A stretch of 54,111 nucleotides of DNA from a virus (taxonomy: Duplodnaviria; Caudoviricetes), in the IMG/VR virus record IMGVR_UViG_3300020160_000355, positions 1 through 54,111 of that record; one strand, written 5' to 3'. The notes under the pieces were generated by a model. That model saw only the letters and a list, made by a program, of their open reading frames with translations. It was not told the origin of the DNA and searched no databases. Shown here piece after piece: positions 29,801-37,112 of the stretch; position 1 is the stretch's first letter, and each line of letters starts with the position of its first letter. The translations under genes were made by a program, and so were the position numbers.

Positions 29801-30144
29801 CCGACACCATGAACGTCTTTCCACTGGTCAACAGCGCCTAAGTCGCGTGCTCGTTTGGAAGCCTTATCAGCAAGGAACTCATTCTCTTCGCGCTGGGTTT
29901 TTAGCCATTCAGCGGAATCTTTAGCGCCGACACCTTCAGCGACAGCTTCGCCAACGCCATAAAGGCCGGCTTGGTATCGGTCGATGGAAGAAGAAATCTG
30001 GCTAGAGGTAAGTCCAGCCTGTGGCTTTGGGTTGAAATGCTCTTGCTCTAAGTCATCCCAGATGTTGGAAGAAGCTGGCTTTTCGTCCTTCTTCTTTTTC
30101 TCGGAGAACAGGTCGCGTTCGTACTCATCCCAAATATTAGCCAT
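20863..30144 (-). CDS. giant polyvalent internal virion/ejection protein (3093 aa)
   Basis: Single ORF. HTH-like motifs, L,D-transpeptidase-like H...SFGC, zincin HEVGAH, ART-like YHGT...GEGRQAFGWG, and a helical C-terminal region. Confidence 0.9.
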   Translation of the reverse strand: MANIWDEYERDLFSEKKKKDEKPASSNIWDDLEQEHFNPKPQAGLTSSQISSSIDRYQAGLYGVGEAVAEGVGAKDSAEWLKTQREENEFLADKASKRARDLGAVDQWKDVHGVGDFGSYAKGLAIQSLPYAAEAIAGGALARGAMSGTRAALTAATAAKDVEGVAAATKALNAGSQAGAVAASYPSAVGDVLGNQREQSGETRGGVAAALAVPYAALNAVGIESALARGTAFKNTVNILDRGTGLTGAAARTAATATGVALKEGASETGQEMLNQVGRMSVDANEAFLSAAAQERFKESFIGGAALGGMAGGLGGGWRRSEGGNELSQAMGAKATTQPDITTTQFVPPVSAPVAPAEITPTTTDAVSSGQQVPPAAPAVSGGTTDIAAAQQQAQADQQAQQVADQQAQQAQALQERRDTVAAYFGAEPTLDNGQHVGGMIMGKAFTDPAKYNAELDKLAANEDQKSELRRKVEAAYMQTLPAEKRKLAAVQGGALKFWTNKSDLAAVAEGINTAMTELVAAGKGTNDAKLTQMAQMYEALTGQEAPAYAAAQQVQPKGAKNDKLQLQTTTGLGTVPVEGGTTEAVSGAAGDVRPAQVQPVGATSVGAGPSDVQAGQPSTGGVRPSAGDVPNVVGGEATPQVSGATDGQTQTTTGLGDGGQVSGQTGQVADVSVPSTTGGTTEAVPAASVEKIEHDGDILSNLYRQVLTPTQEKRGGATLEQRIEMVRLALIEQASEAEIAALTGLSLTTVDAQLRRLGVVMRPQYSQANLDTRAAIAERLGISAEALAGVEDVTVEGVARPSKEQKQAAQAKYLSDSITADVTPEDRARSVSRLAATYDAASEQYECVTPKPEVQRNGKIKQYERLDVLFQRAADAYTSPEFPQGIPRRDLLELVTPRRVITLKDSISDQQRAEFEGESQDFDNTKYLSDELYGGEEQEGKSMGTVASAGGSQGAVETQRKADLGKIEKLQTQMGKLAADDVEGRAAIQKQLNIEYAKYHVRTLEAALANLPKPSEMTDQDAALKVKLFTQLDAARAEFAAASAGESTATATATKNEASDEVKAVKAKFKETKGDLTKFDMGELQLLLDEANKFKNVALAKKLDAEMASRTTTTEPTNAVQEPSPAQVPVQERAGSSETVGQGNTEGGQAATESEAKVEPKQEEVIKTPAEQWAELAAQFPAMPSYESLSKDAKIRWDDVANRGVANLAAADKILNTAVKEQPVEAPSTVGTTEAVTESNVGMATELTPEQTVLVEGPVSELTEGQTIRLEKHYDAKRGTSEFLTKLHGDIALYAAKGAAAVHAAIRDIVKALYTAVLAVAVVFNPTYMNKVEAFTVSPAQEYSVTQEVKAEAPAEAAAKMSTAAKQAYATLMPALKADLTAKNKLLVMADKPSGRIFVFTPDGKLVLEKKSLFGLAKGDFYKGNNDLPTNRVTPAGLHNLVMVDAAKGGAAAKTAGEYDFGKVFGIVDENPGVLTIMHSVWLHENDAAKRTAALKNENAADSRYSFGCINVDKATYKNLIDNYGQQMDGAKLFVVPDNQERVMDFVTGAVAQNKTGEDKLVRQSVQPVTTTTTGNRQGVTQASTERNIVGKEEKTLFGIDARAKNPYTSAELTKEIEDFIRTPIPARKLVVVESIEALVRSTDPTVQKLGAVMAIEGAYGVASNGRAYLVANRIEKGQGRAKFMHEVGAHVGLENLLPKAMYDKLTQQIVNWAKQGENSIESVLAVRAAERVMNAGTVQEDRRSEMLAYFIEEAVQMGIDPTAAPKTIGPLHLWFRTLWAAFKAAVRKLGFSPEAMTARDVVDMAFGAARLEMAGTYHGTAAAFRKFSHKFMSTGEGRQAFGWGSYLAQAAGVAKGYWADDVDRKANTKALRTDAETLEKANAWAKEKLGTDEPLSMAEIDRQARILQIGRPYWFYETARPEGSLMRVDVGVEDQDILDWNTLLTKQPAVLRRLVDNMSESIRTELEDELNASLDELTGEELYRALGVLEKRSGLISEQFEVEDYNSRLRGAGTKQIVSTYLDEKIGIPALKFLDQNSRGDVTFAEANLKNKQELLKEKERTLAQDTEYADKWEKKSATAPAQYKDEANTSWLAAVARRTSSEFAVEMLRQEIEQDKKRILKLSNPTRNLVVFNDKNIFRVGGQVAADKDRMRFGKSMSTRLNEGLENTLPASVVKPAKSVITNLATAAKNGLLAAGITEDIVNMAGKYMRSAQDYLTAQYARQKTRLDFEQRIEHILDAFDKLPKHLQGEGAGSVNRFILDSTMSKKWGFYPGEHRIGTTLFEVDPELSRRFFAIEQESPAAAQVIRDVFEHGYQALKAKKEAIDAAVEREFAERAKAADGDADLMAEVAQAKKLMRTQLSKIQNVDFTTPYAYLGRYGDYVVAAKSAEFKYWEGVAAEKGENKERAAAWLADNVSNPDHYVVQFAETQGEADQIAADLMATGKFDMDGSEAGPKEDIGSFIGSDVHLAVARLRNLIARQEGESGEGNAELDRMVSDLYLMTAAENSARKSEIMRKYVSGANANMMRNLATSGRADAHFLSTMKHNDDVVDSLERMRTEAKRNVREAMPLYNELYKRQTASLEYKTPSPLSQALTQATSVWFLSTSPAFYLQQLLQTTVLSLPYMSGRLGYFRSVRAIKAAYGDVAAMVKGLTINEHIDFAKAPADVRAMLQTLVGMGKIDIGIDADAKARAGEHNVLNTVMRKLQGVNNRIEAVNRATAAIAAYRGYIQRYGAGNTDAATKFAAEVVSNTHGSYDGFNTPRILNSDAGRLVGQFKRFQIIQLSMLGKLINTAFKGAGPEERVVARRALAFITGHMAVVGGALGVPFVQQVASLMLAAFGDDDEPKDLEYKLRQAIGDETMANLLLNGVPAAAGVNLGGKLGMGNVASILPFTDVDLSTRSGYEKVMVGLMGPFFGGLAPKMIDGAGMMTKGEYYKGLELLMPNGIGNAMKGVRYANEGVTMRNGDVVLKPEEISMVDAAFQAVGLPTTTITGRQYAQKVTMEFDQFYTERAASIKGAYVNANRDGDTEGMAEARKDWEELQASRKRNGYKIQPMSELFKATVAARKREAGVVEGVETSKSNKEFVKNII

Positions 30145-30150
30145 GATTTC

Positions 30151-31770
30151 TTATCCCCCGCGATTCTGTAACGGAGCGTTAAGTATAGCTTTGTTCCGAG
30201 CCGCAGTCTCAGCTTCTTGCTCACGTTTCTTACGAGCTTCTTCAATATCGCGGGCTTCCCGCTCAGCCTTCATGCGAGCAGCTTCGGCTTTCTGCTTTTC
30301 TTGCCACGGTAACGCAGTCTTTGGCTTTGTCTCAGCCTTAGTTTCTGGCTTCGTCTCAGACTTATCCTTAGGAATAGCACTATCAGGCTTCTTAACCCAA
30401 GTGAGGTCAGCTTTGTCTACCTTGGATGCAGGATACTTCTTGTTGAAGTCAGCAATCAATTTGTCTGCGGCGGTTGGGTCAAAGGCTTTACCTGTCTGTG
30501 GGTTGATACCACTTGTGATAGCGTCAGCCAAAGCTTGGGGAGCCACGCCGTTCTCAGCAAAGAAAGCTTCTTTCTGCTTATTGAGCTCAGCTGCGGTAGC
30601 CCCGGGGTTAGCCTTGACGATTTCTAGTCGAGTTTTTGCCCAGTCCTGCTCAACGGATGAACGAGCGTCCTTGCTAGCCATGATGCGGTAAGCGGCAGCC
30701 AAATCTGTTGCAGCGCCGTCATCCACCATCTGTTGGGCAATAGCAGCCTTACCTGCCGCACTACCTCCAGCGCCACCAGCGCCACGGTTCGAGTACATGT
30801 TTGCAGCGCCGTAGTTCTTAGCGATTTCGGATGGAGCGACGGCCTCTTTGACCTTGACACCGCGTTCAGCAATATCAATTTCTTGGCGTTTCTGCTGGAA
30901 GGAGATGACGTCACTAGCGTTCTTGAACATGCCCTTCTTCACCAAAGAATCGGCGAAGCCATGGGTGTAGTGTTGTGCAAGGGCAGCGTCAATCTTGGCA
31001 GGCATCTCGCGGACATCAAACTTGTCGACAGTCTTACCGCCATGCTGTAGAACCACTTGGCCGCCAACAACTTTGACATCTTGGCCTGTCAGCTCTTTCA
31101 GCTTAGAGCCATACTCAGACACAACGCCAGACGCACCTTTCTCTGCCAATGTACGCTCGAGGTTGCCTTTGAGGTCTGTGATTTCTCGGTTCCACTTGTC
31201 TTTTGCGACATCGAAATCTTCGTTGAACTTTTGATCGCGACGACCTGCTTGCACAGTCATCTGTTTGGATTCAACGTCCAATGCCCGCTCAGGATTGATA
31301 CCGCGCACTTTAGCTAGGTAGTCTGTGTCGGCCTGCTCACGGGTATAAGCAGTGGGCTTCATACCAGCAGCGTCAGCTTGGGCTTTCTGCCAAGTAGCTG
31401 CATCGTCCGTTGGGATTCCAGCGCGAGCGCCTTCAACACGAGCTTTGTTCTCAAGGGCAACAGCTGCGGCAGACTGATTTACTGCGCGATCAAAATCGTC
31501 ACCACCTGCACCAGTGTTGACTGAGCCGATACCGCGACCAGCTAAACGCTCCATCTCTGGGCCGTAGTCTTGTCCGCCAACTTTGCCATATGTGTCCGTA
31601 GCAGCAGATTTGAGCGCAGCGCGTTCTTCGCCAGCAGCCTTCATCTCTTGAGCCTGAAGAGCAATCAGCTCATCCCGCTTCTTCTGCGACTCGATGGCTT
31701 CCATCATTTGGTATGTCTCCATACCGCCCTTGGCTAAACCGCCAGCAAACGCACCAAAATTAAATCCCAT
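30151..31770 (-). CDS. internal virion / DNA ejection protein
   Basis: MGFNFGAFAGGLAKG start with GAGG RBS. Ala/Gln/Lys-rich helical protein upstream of the giant gene. Confidence 0.75.
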   Translation of the reverse strand: MGFNFGAFAGGLAKGGMETYQMMEAIESQKKRDELIALQAQEMKAAGEERAALKSAATDTYGKVGGQDYGPEMERLAGRGIGSVNTGAGGDDFDRAVNQSAAAVALENKARVEGARAGIPTDDAATWQKAQADAAGMKPTAYTREQADTDYLAKVRGINPERALDVESKQMTVQAGRRDQKFNEDFDVAKDKWNREITDLKGNLERTLAEKGASGVVSEYGSKLKELTGQDVKVVGGQVVLQHGGKTVDKFDVREMPAKIDAALAQHYTHGFADSLVKKGMFKNASDVISFQQKRQEIDIAERGVKVKEAVAPSEIAKNYGAANMYSNRGAGGAGGSAAGKAAIAQQMVDDGAATDLAAAYRIMASKDARSSVEQDWAKTRLEIVKANPGATAAELNKQKEAFFAENGVAPQALADAITSGINPQTGKAFDPTAADKLIADFNKKYPASKVDKADLTWVKKPDSAIPKDKSETKPETKAETKPKTALPWQEKQKAEAARMKAEREARDIEEARKKREQEAETAARNKAILNAPLQNRGG

Positions 31771-32506
31771 GATTTTCCTCCGCGAGCAAGGCGCGTACGC
31801 CACTCATTTGTTCAGTTACCGCATTATCAATCTGTTTGAGCAGCGCCACAACTTGGACGTGCTTCTCTGGATGGTTCGCCTTGATATAGTTCATCCGGTC
31901 TTTGCTGTGGTTGCAGTATGCAGTGCAGTTCCAACAGTCCAATGATGAATGAGCCATGCTTAGACGGCCCTCTACTTCTACACCTTCAGTTTGTAGGAAG
32001 GCCAGCACTTCTTGGTGGGTCCATGCTTCCAATGGGAATACATGCTCGACACCATCTTCAACAAAGCCGGACGCTACAGGAGCGCCGTGTGACTCGTCAG
32101 CACGTTGGCCGCGAATAACAGCGGTCACTCCGAGTTCCTTAATTGCATTGCGGGCAGGCACCCAGATGTTCTCAGAGCAGCACTCCATATAGTTGCGCAG
32201 CATGAGAGGCTTGGCTGTATTGGAATACTCTTGCCCGTGCTTGGTGTAGTCCACTGGAACGACGTCCACTGGGTAGCCGCTAGCTGCAATAGAAGCAGGC
32301 TGGTCGGACACCACACGAATCAGGTTCGGCAGGCGAAGCGCCAGCATGGCTTCTTCAATCTCAGGGAAGTTGGCTTGGGTATCCACCCAGACGACGTAAG
32401 CCTTATCCAGATACTCCTTGGCCAAGTAAAGGCAGGCAAGGGAATCCTTGCCACCTGAGTACATCAGCGCAACTTTCTCGTGGCGGGCGAATACGTCAGC
32501 CAGCAT
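31760..32506 (-). CDS. PAPS reductase-family (PP-loop) protein
   Basis: SGGKDS PP-loop, GQRADES, FPLEAWT, SLDCWNCT. Confidence 0.9.
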   Translation of the reverse strand: MLADVFARHEKVALMYSGGKDSLACLYLAKEYLDKAYVVWVDTQANFPEIEEAMLALRLPNLIRVVSDQPASIAASGYPVDVVPVDYTKHGQEYSNTAKPLMLRNYMECCSENIWVPARNAIKELGVTAVIRGQRADESHGAPVASGFVEDGVEHVFPLEAWTHQEVLAFLQTEGVEVEGRLSMAHSSLDCWNCTAYCNHSKDRMNYIKANHPEKHVQVVALLKQIDNAVTEQMSGVRALLAEENHGI

Positions 32507-32507
32507 C

Positions 32508-33335
32508 TTAGGACATGTAGAGGGCTGCGCCGGTACCGATGGCTGAGCCGAGACCAGAGGCGCTTGCGTTTGCAGCAGACGCTTGGTTGGCCGCAGCTTG
32601 GTTAGCAGCGTTCGTAGCGCCAACACCAAGGTTACCTACGTTGTTCCACATACCGCCAGCAGTGCTTGCGCCTGCATTGAGGGCAGAACCTGTCTGGCCG
32701 AAGTTGGCAATAGAAGCGTTACCGCCTGCGAAGCCTTGACCTGTAGCACCCAGTGCAATACCTGTAGAAGCGTTGCCTTGAGCGGGGAGGCCAGCATACA
32801 TGTTGTACACGTTGGCTTGTTTCTGTAGGCCGACGTCTTTAGCAGCCTGACGTGTTTGGTTCATGGCTTGGGCTTCAAGCAGTGCTTGGCCTGCGCTTAC
32901 ACCAGCAGAGGCCATCTGAGCAGTACCGGATGTCGGGTCGATACCGTAGGCACGTTGGCGCATAGTCTGTTGCTGGCGCTGGTTGTCCATCGCTGAAGTC
33001 AAGTCGGACTTGGCACTTTGAGCTAGTTGCTCGCGGTAACCCTCTTCGTTGTACTGGTCAGCGTCAGCTTTAAGCTTCTCCATTGCCGGAATCGCGCCTT
33101 GCTCATACCGCTCGTAGGCTTTCTTGGCCTGCCCAAGTTGCGTGTTTGTGACATCCTTAGTCATGGCCCACTGCTCATCAGCACGCGCTTCTTGCTGCTG
33201 AGACTGTTTGAGCATCTCAGGATAGATGTCAGTGGTGAACTTGCTCCACTGCTCCTTGGCGAGCGCAGACAGCTCGCGTTGCGCGATGCCGATATTTGGG
33301 TCTGCTGCTGGTGCGCTGACTGACGATTTACCCAT
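32508..33335 (-). CDS. pilot/DNA transfer internal virion protein
   Basis: MGKSS N-terminus, Gln/Ala-rich, GIDPTSG motif, Gly/Ala-rich C-terminus. Confidence 0.7.
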   Translation of the reverse strand: MGKSSVSAPAADPNIGIAQRELSALAKEQWSKFTTDIYPEMLKQSQQQEARADEQWAMTKDVTNTQLGQAKKAYERYEQGAIPAMEKLKADADQYNEEGYREQLAQSAKSDLTSAMDNQRQQQTMRQRAYGIDPTSGTAQMASAGVSAGQALLEAQAMNQTRQAAKDVGLQKQANVYNMYAGLPAQGNASTGIALGATGQGFAGGNASIANFGQTGSALNAGASTAGGMWNNVGNLGVGATNAANQAAANQASAANASASGLGSAIGTGAALYMS

Positions 33336-33337
33336 GA

Positions 33338-33754
33338 TTAACTCCTAATCCACTTGCATTCAGATTTGAGCATGCCGTACAGGATAGCGTCTTCCCCATC
33401 CTCGAACGCTTCGCGGAGTACACCCTCTTGGATGAACCCTACATGCTCGTCAAATTTTCTAGCTACGCTGTTGCTTGCCCGAACTAGCCCAGTGACACGA
33501 CGGCACTTGAGCTGCACGAACGGATAAGCAAAGAACGCATACATAAACTCTTTGGAGGTCCAGCGTTTGCCGGGTGTCGCCGCTACGTTCATACAGACAG
33601 CTGCTCCGGTGTACATGTTGTATGCCACACCAGCAATCAGCTCTCCGTCTTCCTCAATCCCAATGGCCACGTTGGCATCGTCTAGGTTCTCGCCAATACG
33701 CTCAGCAACCCAGTTACGAACACGCTCGTCTTGGCCATATACCAGAATTTTCAT
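33338..33754 (-). CDS. GNAT-family acetyltransferase
   Basis: ASNSVARKFDEHVGFIQEGVLRE...ILYGML is a RimJ/RimL-like pattern. Confidence 0.85.
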   Translation of the reverse strand: MKILVYGQDERVRNWVAERIGENLDDANVAIGIEEDGELIAGVAYNMYTGAAVCMNVAATPGKRWTSKEFMYAFFAYPFVQLKCRRVTGLVRASNSVARKFDEHVGFIQEGVLREAFEDGEDAILYGMLKSECKWIRS

Positions 33755-33763
33755 GGCCGTAGT

Positions 33764-33967
33764 TTAACCCGAGTGCTCGATACGCGAAAGAATTAAATTC
33801 AGTTGTGTGATGCAGTCAGCCAAAGTAGCGTCTGCCGGCAATGGGTTGATAGACACCGCACCGGGGCGAGCCCCACTAATCAGCTCAATGTTCTGCTTCA
33901 TTGGCTCAACCACTCGAGCGATATCGAGTGGCAGCATGCTGGTTGGGGGGATAGAGGGCTTCCTCAT
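33764..33967 (-). CDS. hypothetical virion-module protein
   Basis: ATGA overlap with the upstream gene. Confidence 0.7.
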   Translation of the reverse strand: MRKPSIPPTSMLPLDIARVVEPMKQNIELISGARPGAVSINPLPADATLADCITQLNLILSRIEHSG

Positions 33968-35793
33968 AGCTGACGCAGCTCACCAATAGAAGTGGCCATA
34001 GCGAACTTGCGTAGCGGCGCATTACCGGTTAGCCGTACTTCGTAGATGTACTCTTTGCCCGCAGCGGCCATACGCTGTGGCTCTTGGTCTGTAAAACCGT
34101 GCGTTGATATAAGCTGGTCATTTGCATAGATGAACGCCTGCACAAAGCGCGTGTCAGCAAGCGGGGGAATGTTGGCCAAAATACTGCCATTAACCTGCAT
34201 GCCGTTGAGGGTCACGCTGTTGAGGGTACTCTGTAGCAGCGGGCCAGCAGCCCACAGTGCTTGGTTACTTGCAGTAATCTCGGCAACTAGCTCGTTGTAC
34301 GCGCCAACGTTATCCATGTAGTCCCAGTTCGCTTGCACTTTGGCGATGGCGAAGTTTGCAGGTTCTGGCAGTATGAAGGTCTTAGAGACCCACTCGTAGT
34401 ACGTGTTGTTGACTGGGTCTGAGTCCAACTGATAGATGGCGTTATCCACGGGGGACACGTAGAACACCTCGGCAGTCGAACGAGCAACGAACACAGCCTG
34501 TGCCGCTACATCTAGCGTAATTAGCGGTGGTGTATCCCCGCGCATCAAGATCAGCGCAGACTTCTCTTGACCTCGCTGGTAGAACGCAATGTACATGTTT
34601 TGGTAAATAGCACCAACCATGCTGGTGGGCACGTACTCTTGCCATTCGTCGCGAGTGAACAGCTGACGGGTGATGACGTCTTGTGTGCCGGGGGCAATAG
34701 ACACCAAGCCGTTAGGACTAGCGTAGAGCACACCGAACTGGTCGGAAGTGATGGATTTCTTCGCTACGCATGGCTCAGGTAGCGGAATCTTCTCTTGTGA
34801 CATCGCCCCGGGCTGTGAGCCCGTGATGAGGTATGGGGTCTGTGTTGTACAAACAACAAGCGACTGGCCAAACACGCCGAGACCAACAATAGGAGCACCC
34901 ACTGTCATCATATATGCTACGGGCCATGCGTGCGGAAGATACGGCTCGCAGAACCACACTTCATTCCCCACGAAGCCAGCCAAGATGCCGTTCGGCATGG
35001 CTATCAAGCCCTTTAACCCAGCAGGAGGTGGGGTGTACGTAAATGAAGGCAGCGCAACACCAAGTGCCGCAGCAAGGATGTTGTCGGTGAACGAGCCGGA
35101 GGCTGCGCCTGTAGCTGGGTTCACTGATACTTGCCCGACATACAGGTACGATGCAGTAGATGCACTGGACACCGAGCGGTAGATACGGATAGCCGTGATG
35201 TTATACCCAGCGGCAGTAGTTGGCGCTGTCGAAAACGCGCTGACCGTGACTGTAGTAGTCGTAGCAGCTAGACTGATTGATGCTGCTGGACTTGGGGCGG
35301 ACTCTTCAAGCACTGCGCCAAAAGCACTGACGTATGTGTAAACGTAGGCGCGGGTTTCCGCAGTACCTGTGGAGGCAGCAAGTGTAGGAGCGGCTACAGG
35401 GGCAGGAACGCCCATGTTGTATGAAGTGATCGGGAAAGGCTTAGAACCGATTCCAGTGCCTGTGGCTAAATTCCAGTTTGTCTTTTTTGGGGCTACACCG
35501 TCTGTGTAGTACACCCGAAATTCTGTGCTGTCCGCAACGGGGCCGGGGACAACGTTGGTATCAACACCGAACTCAAGCCATGCAGAATCCCCCGATGTAG
35601 AGTTTTCGAGGCGATAGATCGAAAGTGTGTCCGACAAGCCGGACTGGTATTCAAGGGTCGACTTACGCCATGGGCGCAGCTCTCCCGATTGAAGCTTTAC
35701 GTTCTTAGCTACCTGCGCCTGATTGGGCGCAAGCAAGGCCGGGCCTGTACGGGGCGAGATACCCGAGAAATTTTCTAATTTCAGAAATGGCAT
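33964..35793 (-). CDS. tail tubular protein B / head-closure stabilisation protein
   Basis: Size and position before the ejection genes. Beta-propeller-like sequence (FCEPYLPHAWP, VLYASPNGLV). Confidence 0.75.
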   Translation of the reverse strand: MPFLKLENFSGISPRTGPALLAPNQAQVAKNVKLQSGELRPWRKSTLEYQSGLSDTLSIYRLENSTSGDSAWLEFGVDTNVVPGPVADSTEFRVYYTDGVAPKKTNWNLATGTGIGSKPFPITSYNMGVPAPVAAPTLAASTGTAETRAYVYTYVSAFGAVLEESAPSPAASISLAATTTTVTVSAFSTAPTTAAGYNITAIRIYRSVSSASTASYLYVGQVSVNPATGAASGSFTDNILAAALGVALPSFTYTPPPAGLKGLIAMPNGILAGFVGNEVWFCEPYLPHAWPVAYMMTVGAPIVGLGVFGQSLVVCTTQTPYLITGSQPGAMSQEKIPLPEPCVAKKSITSDQFGVLYASPNGLVSIAPGTQDVITRQLFTRDEWQEYVPTSMVGAIYQNMYIAFYQRGQEKSALILMRGDTPPLITLDVAAQAVFVARSTAEVFYVSPVDNAIYQLDSDPVNNTYYEWVSKTFILPEPANFAIAKVQANWDYMDNVGAYNELVAEITASNQALWAAGPLLQSTLNSVTLNGMQVNGSILANIPPLADTRFVQAFIYANDQLISTHGFTDQEPQRMAAAGKEYIYEVRLTGNAPLRKFAMATSIGELRQL

Positions 35794-35807
35794 ATCGCCC
35801 CCTTACA

Positions 35808-36038
35808 TTACTCAGCGGCTGGTGTGTCAGCAGTTTTTGCGTCAGCCTTCTTGGTCTTAGCTGCCTTAGGGGCTTCCAATTCCTCAGCCAGTGCTTTACC
35901 GTCGTCGTTCAAGTTGAACACGCCGTCGTCGCCCAAAGTGCCGACTTTTTTACGGTCGCCCATGATACCAATGATGATGTTGCCAGCAACTAAGTCGGCA
36001 CCGGACAGGTCCATAAATTTCTCAAAGCTTAAAGCCAT
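35808..36038 (-). CDS. hypothetical protein
   Basis: GGAG RBS. Lys/Ala-rich tail. Confidence 0.75.
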   Translation of the reverse strand: MALSFEKFMDLSGADLVAGNIIIGIMGDRKKVGTLGDDGVFNLNDDGKALAEELEAPKAAKTKKADAKTADTPAAE

Positions 36039-36071
36039 TTTTCTTCTCCAGAGGGGTTAAACACAAGGATG

Positions 36072-36099
36072 ATTGTATCCCCGTGCTGGGCTTAGGCAA
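36072..36099 (-). promoter_or_regulatory. putative sigma70 promoter
   Basis: TTGCCT-N16-TACAAT on the - strand upstream of 36038. Confidence 0.5.
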
Positions 36100-36706
36100 G
36101 TGTCGTACCGTGGTCAATTAGCCCGAGAGCCAACTGTGTGTGCTTCACGCGATCATCTAAGCCAATCGTGCCGCCGTTAATTCTTTTTGTCAGGGCAACC
36201 CAGTCGCCTGCTTCAGCCAAAGCATTGCAGTTGTGGGTGCTCCAGAACCAGCCGGCAGTCATAGCTGCGTACCGTGGGGTCGAAACCAAATCAGGATTGG
36301 CCACGAAGTCAACACCCAGCGCCTTGCTGGCGTGGAAGTAGTTTGCATGCCCAGTCAACTGGATGCACCCACGCCCGCGAAAACGCCAGCCGTCACCGGA
36401 GGCTTCATCTCGGTTTCCCATACGTGAGCTGTACACGTTGTTGGCGATCTTGCGCGGGTTACCGGCGTACTGACTTGCAACCTCTAGCGTAGGGAAACGC
36501 TTAGCCCACAGCTTCATCAGCGTAGCGGCTTTGTAGTTCAGGTTCTCTTCAAGGATACGGAACTGAGCGCACTCATGGCCACACTGGCCAATGAACGCTG
36601 CCTGTTTTTTAGGCGTGTCGATTCCAAACTTCTCGAAGGTCTCGTTGAGCGCATCAACCCAGACAGGGTCAATGTGCATAGCTTTCAGTTGTTCAGCGGT
36701 TACCAC
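36092..36706 (-). CDS. endolysin, glycoside hydrolase family 19
   Basis: HEC, EENLNY, FRGRGCIQLTG, TKRINGG. Confidence 0.92.
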   Translation of the reverse strand: MVTAEQLKAMHIDPVWVDALNETFEKFGIDTPKKQAAFIGQCGHECAQFRILEENLNYKAATLMKLWAKRFPTLEVASQYAGNPRKIANNVYSSRMGNRDEASGDGWRFRGRGCIQLTGHANYFHASKALGVDFVANPDLVSTPRYAAMTAGWFWSTHNCNALAEAGDWVALTKRINGGTIGLDDRVKHTQLALGLIDHGTTLA

Positions 36707-37112
36707 TTAGGGTCTCCTTCACTTGGTTGTAGCGGTCGATGCAGGAGTTGAGCTCGATGATGGCCCTGTCTCCTTCGGCGACGAGCCGGATAAGGTCTTC
36801 AACAGTCTGTCCGTCAAGTTCGGCTCTCTCTTTACCATCGTTGCCGGTAGAGGCGGAACATCCACCCTTGGAGGTGACGGGGACGTACAGCCTTGGACGG
36901 CTAGCAATAATCCCAGACAGCTTAGTTTCAAACTCTTGCTTTGTTTCAGCATCTTTTGCATCTTGCACGTCCTTCTGTTTGTTCATCTCGCCATTGAGGC
37001 GAGCAATCTCCAGCGCATCTTCCGTCTCCTTCTGGGCATAGCCTTCATGGTGCCCATAGAAATAGGAAGCGACCGCTAGGACAATAGCCCCAACGATTAG
37101 GTGCGGGTTCAT
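36693..37112 (-). CDS. Rz: i-spanin (Rz-like)
   Basis: N-terminal TM plus coiled coil, RLYVPV, C-terminal Cys. Adjacent to the endolysin. Confidence 0.8.
   Translation of the reverse strand: MNPHLIVGAIVLAVASYFYGHHEGYAQKETEDALEIARLNGEMNKQKDVQDAKDAETKQEFETKLSGIIASRPRLYVPVTSKGGCSASTGNDGKERAELDGQTVEDLIRLVAEGDRAIIELNSCIDRYNQVKETLSGNR
36719..36952 (-). CDS. Rz1: o-spanin (Rz1-like lipoprotein) embedded in Rz
   Basis: Alternate frame inside Rz. Lipobox LLLAVQG-C then Pro-rich TSPSPPRVDVPPLP. Confidence 0.8.
   Translation of the reverse strand: MLKQSKSLKLSCLGLLLAVQGCTSPSPPRVDVPPLPATMVKREPNLTDRLLKTLSGSSPKETGPSSSSTPASTATTK

Noticed and set aside
32496-32516. Stop-codon readthrough of the pilot protein (S-stop-D resembling an S74 'SD' start)
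   Set aside because: The frame closes again three codons later, and the following bases are the start of the PAPS-like gene.
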